From: Thermoplasmatota archaeon
GTDB taxonomy: Archaea; Thermoplasmatota; E2; JACPAO01; JAHFTW01
DNA length: 64,000 nucleotides
Assembly (NCBI GenBank): GCA_041601615.1
Contig: JBFIHX010000001.1
Coordinates: 192,001-256,000 of the forward strand
Direction of reading: 5' to 3'
A model generated the notes under the pieces. That model made no database searches and was not told where the DNA came from. It saw only the letters and a list, made by a program, of their open reading frames with translations. Shown piece by piece: positions 29,177 to 38,844 of the stretch; the stretch's first letter is position 1, and the number at the start of each line of letters is the position of its first letter. The translations under genes were made by a program, and so were the position numbers.

Positions 29177-31519
29177 ATGAGCGACGAGGATCCAAAGAAG
29201 GCCGCCCGCACCGACGCCGAAACCGAGGCCGCCCCGGACACCATCGACGACCTCGACCTACCCGAAGGCGCCATCGTCGAAGACATCGACGACCTCGACC
29301 TACCCGAAGGCGCCGTGGTGGAAGACATCGAAGTGCCCGGAACGCCTGAAGGCCCCGCGAGTACCTCCGAATCCGCCATATCCGACGCCGCCGACACCTC
29401 CGACGCGGCTCCAAGCGATGCCGAAGAAGACAAGAAACCCCGCTTCGAACTAAGCCACGACCGCGAAGCCGCTCGCCACGGCAGCGTCAGCGACGACCTC
29501 GAAAACCCCGAAATCGAAGCCGCACCCATCGAAGCCGCAGCCCCCGAACGCACCAAGCTCAGCCGCAAACAACGCAAATCACTCGCCAAAAAAGGCCTGG
29601 ATTCCGGTCTCGTGCACAGCAGCCAACTCGACGAACGATTGCGCCACGGCGACGCGGAGGCAACCCCCCGCGACCGCGCCCTGAAAATGGTCTTCGACGC
29701 CGTCACCATCACGAGCCTCCTGCTCCTCGTAGCAGTCATCGCGGGCGCCGCCGGCTTCATCGGATTCCTCGCCTCCGTCCCTGCCCAAGTCTACACGCTC
29801 GCCCTCGTCGCCACCCTGCTTGCAGGCAACGGATTCCTGTTCAACCAAATCCGCTGGCGCGCCCTACGCGGCCACCAAGGCATCCATGTCCTTGAAAAAT
29901 GGAAGGCCGACCTGCAACTGACCGTCGCGAGCATCATCGCCCTGTTCACGGTCATTTTCATCGCATTCATCGAAATCGCGGCCCTCCTGGCGTTCCTCGG
30001 AGTCATCAATGTAGGCACCGCCGGCAACGCCCTAGCACGCAACTTCGCGCTCTTCCAAATCATCATCCTCCTCGTCTACGCCCTGACGCTGGTGGTGCGC
30101 GAAAACAACGTCACGAGCTACCAACCACACCGCAACACCGTCATCGCCAGCTGGGTGCTCACGGGTGTCGCCGGCGTCGCCGTGCTGTTTGGTGTCCTCC
30201 TGACCACAGGCGGCCCCCAAAGCGCCGGCATCCTTGCCAACATCACCCGCGGCCAAGGCATCTACATCGTCACCCTCGGCGTCGGCCTCGAATTCATTGC
30301 CGTCCGCATCCGCTTGCGCCTACCCTCCGTCGTCAGCCTCTTCAAAGCAGCCGTAGACGTCAGCATGCGCGCCAACGAGGAAATGCGCGTACAACTGCAA
30401 AAACGCGCCCAACGCACCTACCTCGCATCCTTTGCCTTCGTCGCCCTCAGCATGGCATTCGCGGGCGCCATCGCCACCGGCAACCTAGGCCTCGGTGGCG
30501 GCAGCGCAACCCTCGCCCTCGTCATATTCTACGTCGGCACCGCCATCATCTTGATGGGACTCATCACGGTACGCATCTTCCAAGGACGCAACCTTGAACG
30601 CCGCACAATCAAGGACGAAGGCGACCTCGAGTCCCTCATTGGCCAAAAACGCAAAGCGCCCGCCGAAGTGTTCCGCATCGCCGTCTTCGGCATCACCGCA
30701 TTCATGGCCGCCATGTTCGTACTCCTGGCCGTCATGGTCGGCACCGAACGACTGCCCATCTTCGAGAAAAAATACGCCACGGACCTCTTCATCGTCGCCA
30801 TCATGTTCGGCGCCGGCCCGTACGGCTTCTACTTCAACTCCGAACGCAAACGGATGGGCGCCATCGACGAGAAATTCCCCGACTTCCTGCGCGACATCGC
30901 CGAATCCGCCCGCGCCGGCATGACCCTCCCCCGCGCCCTCGTCACCGCCGCCAGCGGCAACTACGGAGCCCTCACCAAGGACATCCGACAAATGGCCGCG
31001 CAGGTAGAATGGGGCGTAGAATTTGCAGAGGCACTGGAACGCTTTGCCGAACGAGCCAACACCCCCCTCATCGACCGAACCGTGTCGCTCGTGGTGGAGG
31101 CGCAACGCGCCGGAGGCAACGTCGTGGACATTCTGACCGCGGCCTCGGACGACGCACGCGAAATCAAACAGATCGTCAGCGAACGAGACGAACAAATGCA
31201 GATGTACAGCGTCGTCGTCTACATCGCCTTCTTCGTGTTCATCGCCGTGGTGCTCATCCTGTCCGCCCAATTCATCCCGGCCTTCAAGGAGGCCGTGGGC
31301 GCCGCCAGCGGCGAACAAGTGGGCGGCCTCAACTTCAAAGATTTTGATCCTGAAGACTTCAACACCCTGTTCTTCCACGCCGCCATTGTCCAAGCCATCG
31401 GCGGCGGACTCGTCGGCGGTGTCCTCACCAAAGGCCACCCGGTCGCTGGCTTCAGCAACATCGTCATCATGCTGATCGCGTCGTGGCTAAGCTTCCGCGT
31501 CCTCATCGGAGTGATGTGA
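29177..31519 (+). CDS. second TadC/GspF platform protein fused to a large multi-TM N-terminal domain
   Basis: C-terminal IDEKFPDFLRDIAESARAGMTL, EAQRAGGNVVDIL; roughly 10 extra TMs and an acidic N-terminus. Confidence 0.9.
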   Translation: MSDEDPKKAARTDAETEAAPDTIDDLDLPEGAIVEDIDDLDLPEGAVVEDIEVPGTPEGPASTSESAISDAADTSDAAPSDAEEDKKPRFELSHDREAARHGSVSDDLENPEIEAAPIEAAAPERTKLSRKQRKSLAKKGLDSGLVHSSQLDERLRHGDAEATPRDRALKMVFDAVTITSLLLLVAVIAGAAGFIGFLASVPAQVYTLALVATLLAGNGFLFNQIRWRALRGHQGIHVLEKWKADLQLTVASIIALFTVIFIAFIEIAALLAFLGVINVGTAGNALARNFALFQIIILLVYALTLVVRENNVTSYQPHRNTVIASWVLTGVAGVAVLFGVLLTTGGPQSAGILANITRGQGIYIVTLGVGLEFIAVRIRLRLPSVVSLFKAAVDVSMRANEEMRVQLQKRAQRTYLASFAFVALSMAFAGAIATGNLGLGGGSATLALVIFYVGTAIILMGLITVRIFQGRNLERRTIKDEGDLESLIGQKRKAPAEVFRIAVFGITAFMAAMFVLLAVMVGTERLPIFEKKYATDLFIVAIMFGAGPYGFYFNSERKRMGAIDEKFPDFLRDIAESARAGMTLPRALVTAASGNYGALTKDIRQMAAQVEWGVEFAEALERFAERANTPLIDRTVSLVVEAQRAGGNVVDILTAASDDAREIKQIVSERDEQMQMYSVVVYIAFFVFIAVVLILSAQFIPAFKEAVGAASGEQVGGLNFKDFDPEDFNTLFFHAAIVQAIGGGLVGGVLTKGHPVAGFSNIVIMLIASWLSFRVLIGVM
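29242..29330 (+). repeat. 42-bp in-frame tandem duplication
   Basis: CATCGACGACCTCGACCTACCCGAAGGCGCC at 29242 and 29284; encodes IDDLDLPEGA(I/V)VED twice. Confidence 0.9.
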
Positions 31520-32367
31520 TGCAACCCGCCCGCCTCGGCCCCAGCACCCGAGTCCTTCGCCGCGTTCCCCTGCTTCGACACGCATGCCCAGGCTCCGCTC
31601 GCACCCGCAGCCTCCACGCGGACGAAAACGCCACCATGGCCGTCTTCGAAGCCATCATCGCGGGCATGATGATTCTGACCGCCATCCTGTTTCTGACCGC
31701 CATCGGACGGCCCACCCCCGCCTCCGGCCAGGGCGGCATCGATCTTGGCCAAAACGCCGCCGACACGCTCTCCATTCTACGCGACCGCGACGCCGACCTC
31801 CCCGGCACCTACCCCGACCGACTCACCGAAATCGTAGAACTGGCCATGGCCGGCAATACCGCCGACGCCGAAGATTTCCTCGATGAAATCGTTCCCCTCG
31901 GCACCCGCTACCTCGTACGCCTTGACAACGGAATTTCGCCACTGATTCTGTTTCCACACGGCAGCGGACCCGACCTAACCCCCCGCGCCGCCCGCGCCGC
32001 CAGCGTCCTCGTCATCCCCAACTGGGTCGACAACGGCCTGCCATCCACCGTCCTCGACGCCGCCGCACTCGCCCCGGCCCAAGTGATTCCGAGCGGTCAC
32101 GCCGCCGAGATCGTCTCCGACGCAGGCACCGCCCACTTATTTGGCCCAAACGGCGTCGAAACAAAGCCCGACGGCACCTCGTGGCTTGCGCACTGGCAAA
32201 ACGCCGAGAACACCGGCACCGTCCCGGCCGATGTGCCCTACGGCGTGTGGAAAGCGTGCCCCGAACCCTGCGATACGTCGACAAAGTTCAAAATCACGCC
32301 GCCCGACGGAACAGACGCCGCCTACCCCATGTACGGAGTCCAATTGGTGGTGTGGCTTGCGGCGTAA
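31519..32367 (+). CDS. class III signal peptide protein (minor pilin-like)
   Basis: DENA|TMAVFEAIIAGMMILTAILFL; C-terminal VQLVVW strand. Confidence 0.75.
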   Translation: MQPARLGPSTRVLRRVPLLRHACPGSARTRSLHADENATMAVFEAIIAGMMILTAILFLTAIGRPTPASGQGGIDLGQNAADTLSILRDRDADLPGTYPDRLTEIVELAMAGNTADAEDFLDEIVPLGTRYLVRLDNGISPLILFPHGSGPDLTPRAARAASVLVIPNWVDNGLPSTVLDAAALAPAQVIPSGHAAEIVSDAGTAHLFGPNGVETKPDGTSWLAHWQNAENTGTVPADVPYGVWKACPEPCDTSTKFKITPPDGTDAAYPMYGVQLVVWLAA

Positions 32368-32854
32368 TTCTGCCCGTAGCACATGGGGCCATGACAGTGG
32401 CCAAATGCTCCTGTTGACCAGCGTCGTCCTCCTCATCGGCTTCATCGCCCTCGGCAGCATGGTCATCCGTGTTACCCAACTTCCCGAGGAAACCACCCAA
32501 GAGAGCCGGGACCCCATCGAATTGGAGGCCGACGCCGTAGCCGCAGGTGTCAGCGACCTTTTGGTGCAAATGAACACACACGTCCCGATTGACCCGCTGC
32601 TTGGCGCCGCCGACTACAGTGTCGCCGTCCAGGAAAGCCTGGATACCTTGGCCAACCTCGAAAAGGGGCGAGGATTCCGCTTCGAATGGATTCCCAACGG
32701 CCTCGGCAACGCCGTTACTTGCACCAGCTCCACACCAGGAGTCGTCACGGTCGAGGTGACGGTGGCACTCCAGGACATGAACACACGCATCCAAGTCACC
32801 TTGAGCGAGACGTTCGGGCATGCCATTGATAATCCGCTCGTCTGCACACCCTAG
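32357..32854 (+). CDS. class III signal peptide protein (minor pilin-like)
   Basis: HDSG|QMLLLTSVVLLIGFIALG; TTG start at 32357 inferred from the overlap and upstream GGTGGTG. Confidence 0.7.
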   Translation: MRRNSARSTWGHDSGQMLLLTSVVLLIGFIALGSMVIRVTQLPEETTQESRDPIELEADAVAAGVSDLLVQMNTHVPIDPLLGAADYSVAVQESLDTLANLEKGRGFRFEWIPNGLGNAVTCTSSTPGVVTVEVTVALQDMNTRIQVTLSETFGHAIDNPLVCTP

Positions 32855-33023
32855 AAAAAGTGCAGAAAAGCCGCAAGCAGCCCGCCAGAACCGCACCGAC
32901 AGGGGCGAAAAACTGGAAGAAGGCTTGTCCGCACCATTCGTATCCACAATCACTAAGCACCCCAGGTAGTTCAGGAATCAACACAGAAGTGTTCAAGAAC
33001 TGGAGCCTGATGCTATACCGGGT

Positions 33024-33518
33024 GTGCCTATGGTGAAAATACTACGAGTAATGATATGGTCAATGCTGCTACTGCCCCTCGGAGCCTCCGCTGGCCCTTC
33101 GGCACCAGGCATCCACATTGGCCCATCCGATGCCACGATGACCTTCGTGGAGCGCACCATGGGCGACGCCATGCAATTGATCGAAGACGCCAAGAACAAC
33201 GGAACCGACCGCGTACTCTTCGTCTACGACACAGCATGGAACAGCACCACGCAAATCTCTGATTTCTACGACGACGCCAAAGGACTGGTGTTCCACGACG
33301 AGAACAGCACCGTCACCGGCCCGCTGGACGAAATCATCGAAAAATTGCCCCGGAGGCCCAATTGTACGTCACCATTCATGACCACCATCGACCCCGGCGA
33401 CACACCCCCCATCTGGGCAGAATACAACTCCCCTTGCTACGAAGCATTCTGGGATGGAGTCGGATTTGACCCCATCATGATCGTCTGGATTGTCATCATC
33501 GACATCATCCACAGCTAA
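33024..33518 (+). CDS. secreted hypothetical protein with Cys pair and hydrophobic C-terminus
   Basis: Signal peptide ending GASA; C-x23-C; ends IMIVWIVIIDIIHS. Confidence 0.7.
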   Translation: MPMVKILRVMIWSMLLLPLGASAGPSAPGIHIGPSDATMTFVERTMGDAMQLIEDAKNNGTDRVLFVYDTAWNSTTQISDFYDDAKGLVFHDENSTVTGPLDEIIEKLPRRPNCTSPFMTTIDPGDTPPIWAEYNSPCYEAFWDGVGFDPIMIVWIVIIDIIHS

Positions 33519-33541
33519 GTGAAATAATTAGGACGGATTAT

Positions 33542-35044
33542 ATGAAATCGCACTGGATTCTCCTCTTACTCCTGCTCGTACCCTTGCTGGGCACCGCCAG
33601 CGCCAACACGGATGACCCCCTCATCGTCACGCACGTCATGGTCCGCAACGGCACCACCACAGGCACCCTCGGCATGGTCTCCGTCCTGCGCATCGATGGC
33701 ACATCCGTGCCCCCCGCATTCCACCTGAGCGCCGACGCCGCCAACGTCCTCGTGGATCACGCCGATTTGGCCATCCAAGCCATCGACAGCACCAACCTCC
33801 CCGACACCACCCAAACGCACTACGAGCAATACGAATTGCACGGCTTGCGCAATGGCGCCGCCGCCGCCCTCTTTGTCCACCCCACACCAGGCTCGGACGC
33901 CACCGTGCGCTTCTCCACGTCCTGCTTTGACGTGCAACCCTCCGATCTAGCATCCGAGTACCGCCCGCGCCGCGTCGACCACTCCACCCCCGGACACAAG
34001 ACCGAACTTGCCAGCGCCGCCAAAGTAACCCCTTGCGGCCAGCTCAACCTCGTCACCATCGAAGGCGACTTCTTGCTAGGCCTCTGGGACTGGGACGCAC
34101 AATGGCAAAGCACCAGCGGGCAAGGCAAGCTATCCACCGGCTACACAACCCAAGACTCCGCCATCGGAGAAGCGGACGAAGCGTTCATCCACGTCCAGGA
34201 CGGCAGACTGGTCCTGCCCATCGCCGACAACAACATCCGACTCTTCCTATCCAACGCCACCGTCACCGCCCCCGAAATCCTCCTCGGCGACATCGAAGGC
34301 CAAGTCCGACCAACCCAGGAAATGACCTTCGACGGCAACGACCTCATCCTCCGCGGCAACATCAAAATCGCCCTGGAACCCGAAGGCGTCAACCAACCCA
34401 TGCAGGCTACCGTTCTAAGAACGACCCCCCTCGCCCCTGCCGCCGCCTCTGCGACCGCCATCCCCGGCAGCCCCATGCTCTTGCTGGCCACGGGCGCCCT
34501 CCTCATCGCCACCATCGTGACCCTGCACCGCATCCACCGCCGACCCGAGCGCAGCCTCGCCATCCTCTGGAGCGAACACGAACTCGACCTCCGACTCGCG
34601 CCCCGAACCCGCCGCGAACGCCGCGCCCTCGGCATGCAACTCTTGGGCGCCCACCACGCCCTTGAAGGCCACAAGCTCCGCAGCCAACGCCTACAGGGAA
34701 AGGCCACAGAACTCTACAATGACCCCATGGAAGCACTCATGGGCCTCGGCGAAGCGCTCCTCGCCGTCGGCGCATACGACCACGCCCTCGACGCATTCTT
34801 TGTCATCCAAGAATCCAAATCCAGCGCAACACAACAGGTTCGAGCCCAAGTAGGAGCCGCTGTGGCGCACCTGCGCCGAGGAGGCGACTTGGACCAACAT
34901 GTCTGCGCCGAATACCTGCGCGACGCCCAATCACGCGACCCCGGCACCGTCCGACGCCTACTGGCACGCGCCGGCGACCTCGGCACCGAACTTGGCCGCA
35001 TCGACGCCCAAGGACCCGACGCCAGCACCGCCATGTTCGGCTGA
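33542..35044 (+). CDS. single-pass membrane protein: extracellular beta domain, TM, cytoplasmic TPR-like region
   Basis: MKSHWILLLLLLVPLLGTASA signal; TM PMLLLATGALLIATIVTL; ALMGLGEALLAVGAYDHALDAF (TPR-like). Confidence 0.75.
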   Translation: MKSHWILLLLLLVPLLGTASANTDDPLIVTHVMVRNGTTTGTLGMVSVLRIDGTSVPPAFHLSADAANVLVDHADLAIQAIDSTNLPDTTQTHYEQYELHGLRNGAAAALFVHPTPGSDATVRFSTSCFDVQPSDLASEYRPRRVDHSTPGHKTELASAAKVTPCGQLNLVTIEGDFLLGLWDWDAQWQSTSGQGKLSTGYTTQDSAIGEADEAFIHVQDGRLVLPIADNNIRLFLSNATVTAPEILLGDIEGQVRPTQEMTFDGNDLILRGNIKIALEPEGVNQPMQATVLRTTPLAPAAASATAIPGSPMLLLATGALLIATIVTLHRIHRRPERSLAILWSEHELDLRLAPRTRRERRALGMQLLGAHHALEGHKLRSQRLQGKATELYNDPMEALMGLGEALLAVGAYDHALDAFFVIQESKSSATQQVRAQVGAAVAHLRRGGDLDQHVCAEYLRDAQSRDPGTVRRLLARAGDLGTELGRIDAQGPDASTAMFG

Positions 35045-35105
35045 TCAACCGACGCGCATTCTCTGCCACAACAAGGGTCTTTTATCACTGGGACTTAAAC
35101 GTCGC

Positions 35106-37226
35106 ATGGACCGAGAGGCTGTCACCGCCCCCATTGCAATGAGCGTGGCATTCTCCATCTTCCTCGTTGCCTTTGGCGCCGTCGCCCTCAAATCAAGCAG
35201 TGTGGGTGATGGAAGCGCCGGCAACGAAGCCGATGCTGCTTACCTCAGCGCCAAAGCCGGCAACCTGCTCGACGTCATGCTGCAAAGCCCCGGCTACAGC
35301 ACGGGAGGACTCGACTGGATCAGCCCAGAAGGACAATCCGGCCGCGAAGACACCATCACGCGACTCGGACTGCGCAACGCCGCGGGCTCCGGCCTCTCCT
35401 TCGAGAAATTCGAAAACCTACGCCTCGCACCCTACTCCGACGACGGCACCGGCGACGGCTTCGTCAACTACGAAGACGCGCGCGCGGCGCTCGGTCTCGA
35501 ATCCGAAGGACTCGGATTCCACATCCGCGCCAAACCCAGCCTCAAATCGGTCCAACAGATTCTAGAATCCGGCGAACGCGACCCGAACCTCAAAGTCACC
35601 TACTTGGGCGACTCCACCGGCGACGGCGACGACCCTTCCCTAACCCCGCCATCGGTTTCGGCACCCACCTGCACCCTCGACGGGAGCGGCAAGACCTACA
35701 CGCTCGCAGCCACGGTGGAAAACACAGGGACGCAGCCCACACAATTTAGCGCCTTCATCACCATTGATCCCCCCTCCGGCAGCAAACGCACAGAATGGGC
35801 CCATGGCCCCATCGTTGCTGCCTCCGGCACCACCGTGCTCCAAACCACCGTCCCCGTCGACAAGGACTACTGCAAGGCCAGCGCAAAAATCACCTTCGAC
35901 GTCTGGGACCCGAGCCAACGCTGGGCCACCGCCACGACCACCATCGCAATCGATGTCGGCGGCACGGAGCACACCCGCGACCTGATTATTGACGCCAGCA
36001 AGAGCCAGTACACAGAAGGAGCAACCGTTGTGCTTGCCTACGACGGAACGGGACTCGGCAACAACGACGCCCTCGCGTTCACGCTGCTCAACGAAACCCT
36101 CGCCGTCGTAACTGGACCGCACGGATTCACCGCAGGCAACAACAACCTCCGCTCCATTCAAGTGGGCGACGTGACCGCCGGTACCCGTGCATTCAACACC
36201 GGCGGCCCGCTTCCAGCAGGCTCCTACACGGCAACACTCACAGACGGCACCGTGACCGTGACCGAACAGGTGCACATCTTTGCCTCCGGCTCCGAGCCCG
36301 GCAATTTCGCAGCCAGTGGCGCATCAGGCACCTCTGGACTAACGGCGGGCGCCATCACAGAAATCACATTCCTCCACGACCTCGTCGAACGATTCTGCCC
36401 CTTCGAGTACGATGACTCCGCAACCAAACTCGTACCCGACCGCACCGGCGACCCAAGCCCCACGCACACCGAACGCTGCAGCTTCTCACCACGTTTCCAG
36501 GACGGCGACGTGATTCCAGACCAGAAAGATGTCATGAACGACGAACTTCCCCTGCGCCTGCTGGATGCCAACGGCGACCCCACCTTCACCTATGTGACCA
36601 TGCTCGTGGTGGGCAGCAACGTCGACCACCAAGTCATGACCTCCGCATCCGCCAAACACGCCGTGCGCGACTGGGTGCTCGGCGGCGGCACGCTCGTGGT
36701 GTTCGGCTCCAGCGAGCAAACCGTGCAATGGCTGCAACCCATCTTCCACGCCGGCATCCAAAGCAGCAGCGGCGGCGTCGCCACCCCCGATGCCGACCAC
36801 CCGCTCCTCGTCGTCAGTGATACGCTGGACTACGACGGCTACAGCAGCCATGGCAAAGTCTGGGACCTCAAAGAAAGCGGCGGCAGCTCAAGTGCAGACA
36901 AATTCACAGATGTTGTCGAAGACGGAGCCGGCGACGCCATCTTGACCATCAGCGACCCGGGCGCCTACGGAAAAGGCACCGTGATTCTCTCGACGTGGAT
37001 GCCCTACGACCTCTTCGGCGATGGCAGCGACCCAGGCCTGGAAGGAGCCAAGCTCACCAACAACATCTTGATGCAAGGCTACCGTGGCCTGTTTTTGGAC
37101 TACGGCCCCTCGCTTCCCTCGGGACAACTGGTGGTCCCCGCATCGGGCAAGGCACAAATCTTCCACCCGGAACTCAACCGACTCGTCAGCTTGGACATTA
37201 CCCTGTTCGTGTTCAAGCAGTCCTGA
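35106..37226 (+). CDS. large pilin-like protein with Ig-like inserts and GATase-like domain (paralog 1)
   Basis: MDREA|VTAPIAMSVAFSIFLVAFG; SPG/RLGL/VNYE/GFHIR core; MLVVGSNVD...DWVLGGGTLVVFG; LFLDYGP. Confidence 0.8.
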   Translation: MDREAVTAPIAMSVAFSIFLVAFGAVALKSSSVGDGSAGNEADAAYLSAKAGNLLDVMLQSPGYSTGGLDWISPEGQSGREDTITRLGLRNAAGSGLSFEKFENLRLAPYSDDGTGDGFVNYEDARAALGLESEGLGFHIRAKPSLKSVQQILESGERDPNLKVTYLGDSTGDGDDPSLTPPSVSAPTCTLDGSGKTYTLAATVENTGTQPTQFSAFITIDPPSGSKRTEWAHGPIVAASGTTVLQTTVPVDKDYCKASAKITFDVWDPSQRWATATTTIAIDVGGTEHTRDLIIDASKSQYTEGATVVLAYDGTGLGNNDALAFTLLNETLAVVTGPHGFTAGNNNLRSIQVGDVTAGTRAFNTGGPLPAGSYTATLTDGTVTVTEQVHIFASGSEPGNFAASGASGTSGLTAGAITEITFLHDLVERFCPFEYDDSATKLVPDRTGDPSPTHTERCSFSPRFQDGDVIPDQKDVMNDELPLRLLDANGDPTFTYVTMLVVGSNVDHQVMTSASAKHAVRDWVLGGGTLVVFGSSEQTVQWLQPIFHAGIQSSSGGVATPDADHPLLVVSDTLDYDGYSSHGKVWDLKESGGSSSADKFTDVVEDGAGDAILTISDPGAYGKGTVILSTWMPYDLFGDGSDPGLEGAKLTNNILMQGYRGLFLDYGPSLPSGQLVVPASGKAQIFHPELNRLVSLDITLFVFKQS

Positions 37227-37344
37227 GCCCGGCGCCATCCATTCCAACACCACGAGCCCGCCGCCAAGCTTGAGACAGCGCCCGATTGCACTCGAATCCA
37301 GAACCCCCGCAGGCGGCTCACCGACCCTTCCGGATGTTTCACAG

Positions 37345-37410
37345 TATCATTATATACAAGAAAATTTTTGGGAAATCCTATTTAAATTCATTGGCACGGC
37401 GGTATAAGCT
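37345..37410 (+). promoter_or_regulatory. AT-rich promoter region
   Basis: TATCATTATATACAAGAAAATTTTTGGGAAATCCTATTTAAATT and GGTATAAG upstream of the ATG at 37438. Confidence 0.5.
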
Positions 37411-37437
37411 CCACCGCCGCAGCACACCCCATAGACC

Positions 37438-38844
37438 ATGCAACGACGCGGCCATGAATCCGAAGCAGTGACACAAGTCGTCTCCTTCATCGTAGCCAGC
37501 GCATTCTTCCTCGCCGTCTTTGGCGCCCTCCTCATGGCCACCACCGATGCATCCAGTGCAGACGGCAACCAAATCCAAGACACCCACAACCGCCTCGAAG
37601 CCGAACGCATCGCAGACCTCCTCGCCGGCAGCCCCGGCACCGGCTGGGTCGCCGGCCCCGAAGCCGTCACCCGACTCGGACTCCAATCCGCAGACGGCAG
37701 CCAACTCGACAGCTACCGCCTCGACGCCCTGCGCGGCGCCGTGTACGACCACGACCCCACCAACAACAAAGTCGACTACCTCGACGCCCTCGCCAGCATG
37801 GGACTACCCACCGACGGCAGCGTCGGCTTCCACCTGCGCATGACCCCCGTCGGCCTGCAAAAACAACTCCAAGCCGCCGACCTCAGCAACATCCGCACCG
37901 CCTACATCGGCGACTGGCCCGGCGTCAACCTCGACCTCACCGTAGCCCTTGGCAGCGACGACGCCATGGTCGCCGACGCCCGCGCCCAAATCGACACCCA
38001 AATCGACTTCCTGACCTCCCAAGAACGCGCCGTCATCGACGCCATCGGTTTGGGATTTGACGACCTCGTGGACCTCAACAGCGCCCAACTAGACGTGGAC
38101 CTCGGCCTTGGTGTCACCGTCCCACTCGGCACCGTCCTCTCCAGCACCGGCCTCCTCGACGGCGACGTCTACGTCGACCAAAAACAATACCTCGACATCG
38201 TCCTCGGCAACGACCTACCCAACTACGACCTCCTCATCATCGGCAGCACCGTTGACCAATCCAGCCTCACCAGCGCCGCCGTCAAACAACCCATCGCCGA
38301 CTGGGTAATGAACGGAGGCACCCTGATGGTCATGGGAAGCTCCACGCAGAACTTCCAATGGCTCGAACCCCTCTTCAGCGTCGGCACCACCACCGTCAAC
38401 GCCGCCCCCGCAGCCCCCGACGTAAGCCACCCCATGCTCCACGAACCCCACGAACTCGACTGGCCCAGCTACGACAACTTCGACCTCGCCTGGGACCTCA
38501 AAGATGCAGGAGCAATAGCCAGCTTCGACAAATTCCAACACATCATCACCTCCGACGGCGAAGACATCCTCGCCGTCAGCAACGAAGGCGCCTTCGGAGA
38601 CGGCCGCATCTTCCTCACCAGCTACCGCCCCGAAGACATCGCCGGACAACTCGACGTAATCGAAGCAGGCAACTTCGTCAACAACCTCGTCCTATACAGC
38701 GACCGCGCCCACCTCTACCTCGACTACGGCCCCACGCCCCCTGACAACGCCGCCGTCAGCGCCGCCGTACGCACCAGCCAAATCCACGACGCCGACATCG
38801 GCATGGTCAACGTCCGCCTCACCATCCTCTACTGGGGCATCTAA
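37438..38844 (+). CDS. pilin-like protein with GATase-like domain (paralog 2)
   Basis: ESEA|VTQVVSFIVASAFFLAVFG; YDLLIIGS...DWVMNGGTLMVMG; LYLDYGP...LTILYWG. Confidence 0.8.
   Translation: MQRRGHESEAVTQVVSFIVASAFFLAVFGALLMATTDASSADGNQIQDTHNRLEAERIADLLAGSPGTGWVAGPEAVTRLGLQSADGSQLDSYRLDALRGAVYDHDPTNNKVDYLDALASMGLPTDGSVGFHLRMTPVGLQKQLQAADLSNIRTAYIGDWPGVNLDLTVALGSDDAMVADARAQIDTQIDFLTSQERAVIDAIGLGFDDLVDLNSAQLDVDLGLGVTVPLGTVLSSTGLLDGDVYVDQKQYLDIVLGNDLPNYDLLIIGSTVDQSSLTSAAVKQPIADWVMNGGTLMVMGSSTQNFQWLEPLFSVGTTTVNAAPAAPDVSHPMLHEPHELDWPSYDNFDLAWDLKDAGAIASFDKFQHIITSDGEDILAVSNEGAFGDGRIFLTSYRPEDIAGQLDVIEAGNFVNNLVLYSDRAHLYLDYGPTPPDNAAVSAAVRTSQIHDADIGMVNVRLTILYWGI

Noticed and set aside
23489-32854. Archaellum (arl/fla) operon
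   Set aside because: No archaellin, ArlF/G or ArlCDE; two TadC-like genes and minor-pilin-type proteins fit a pilus better.
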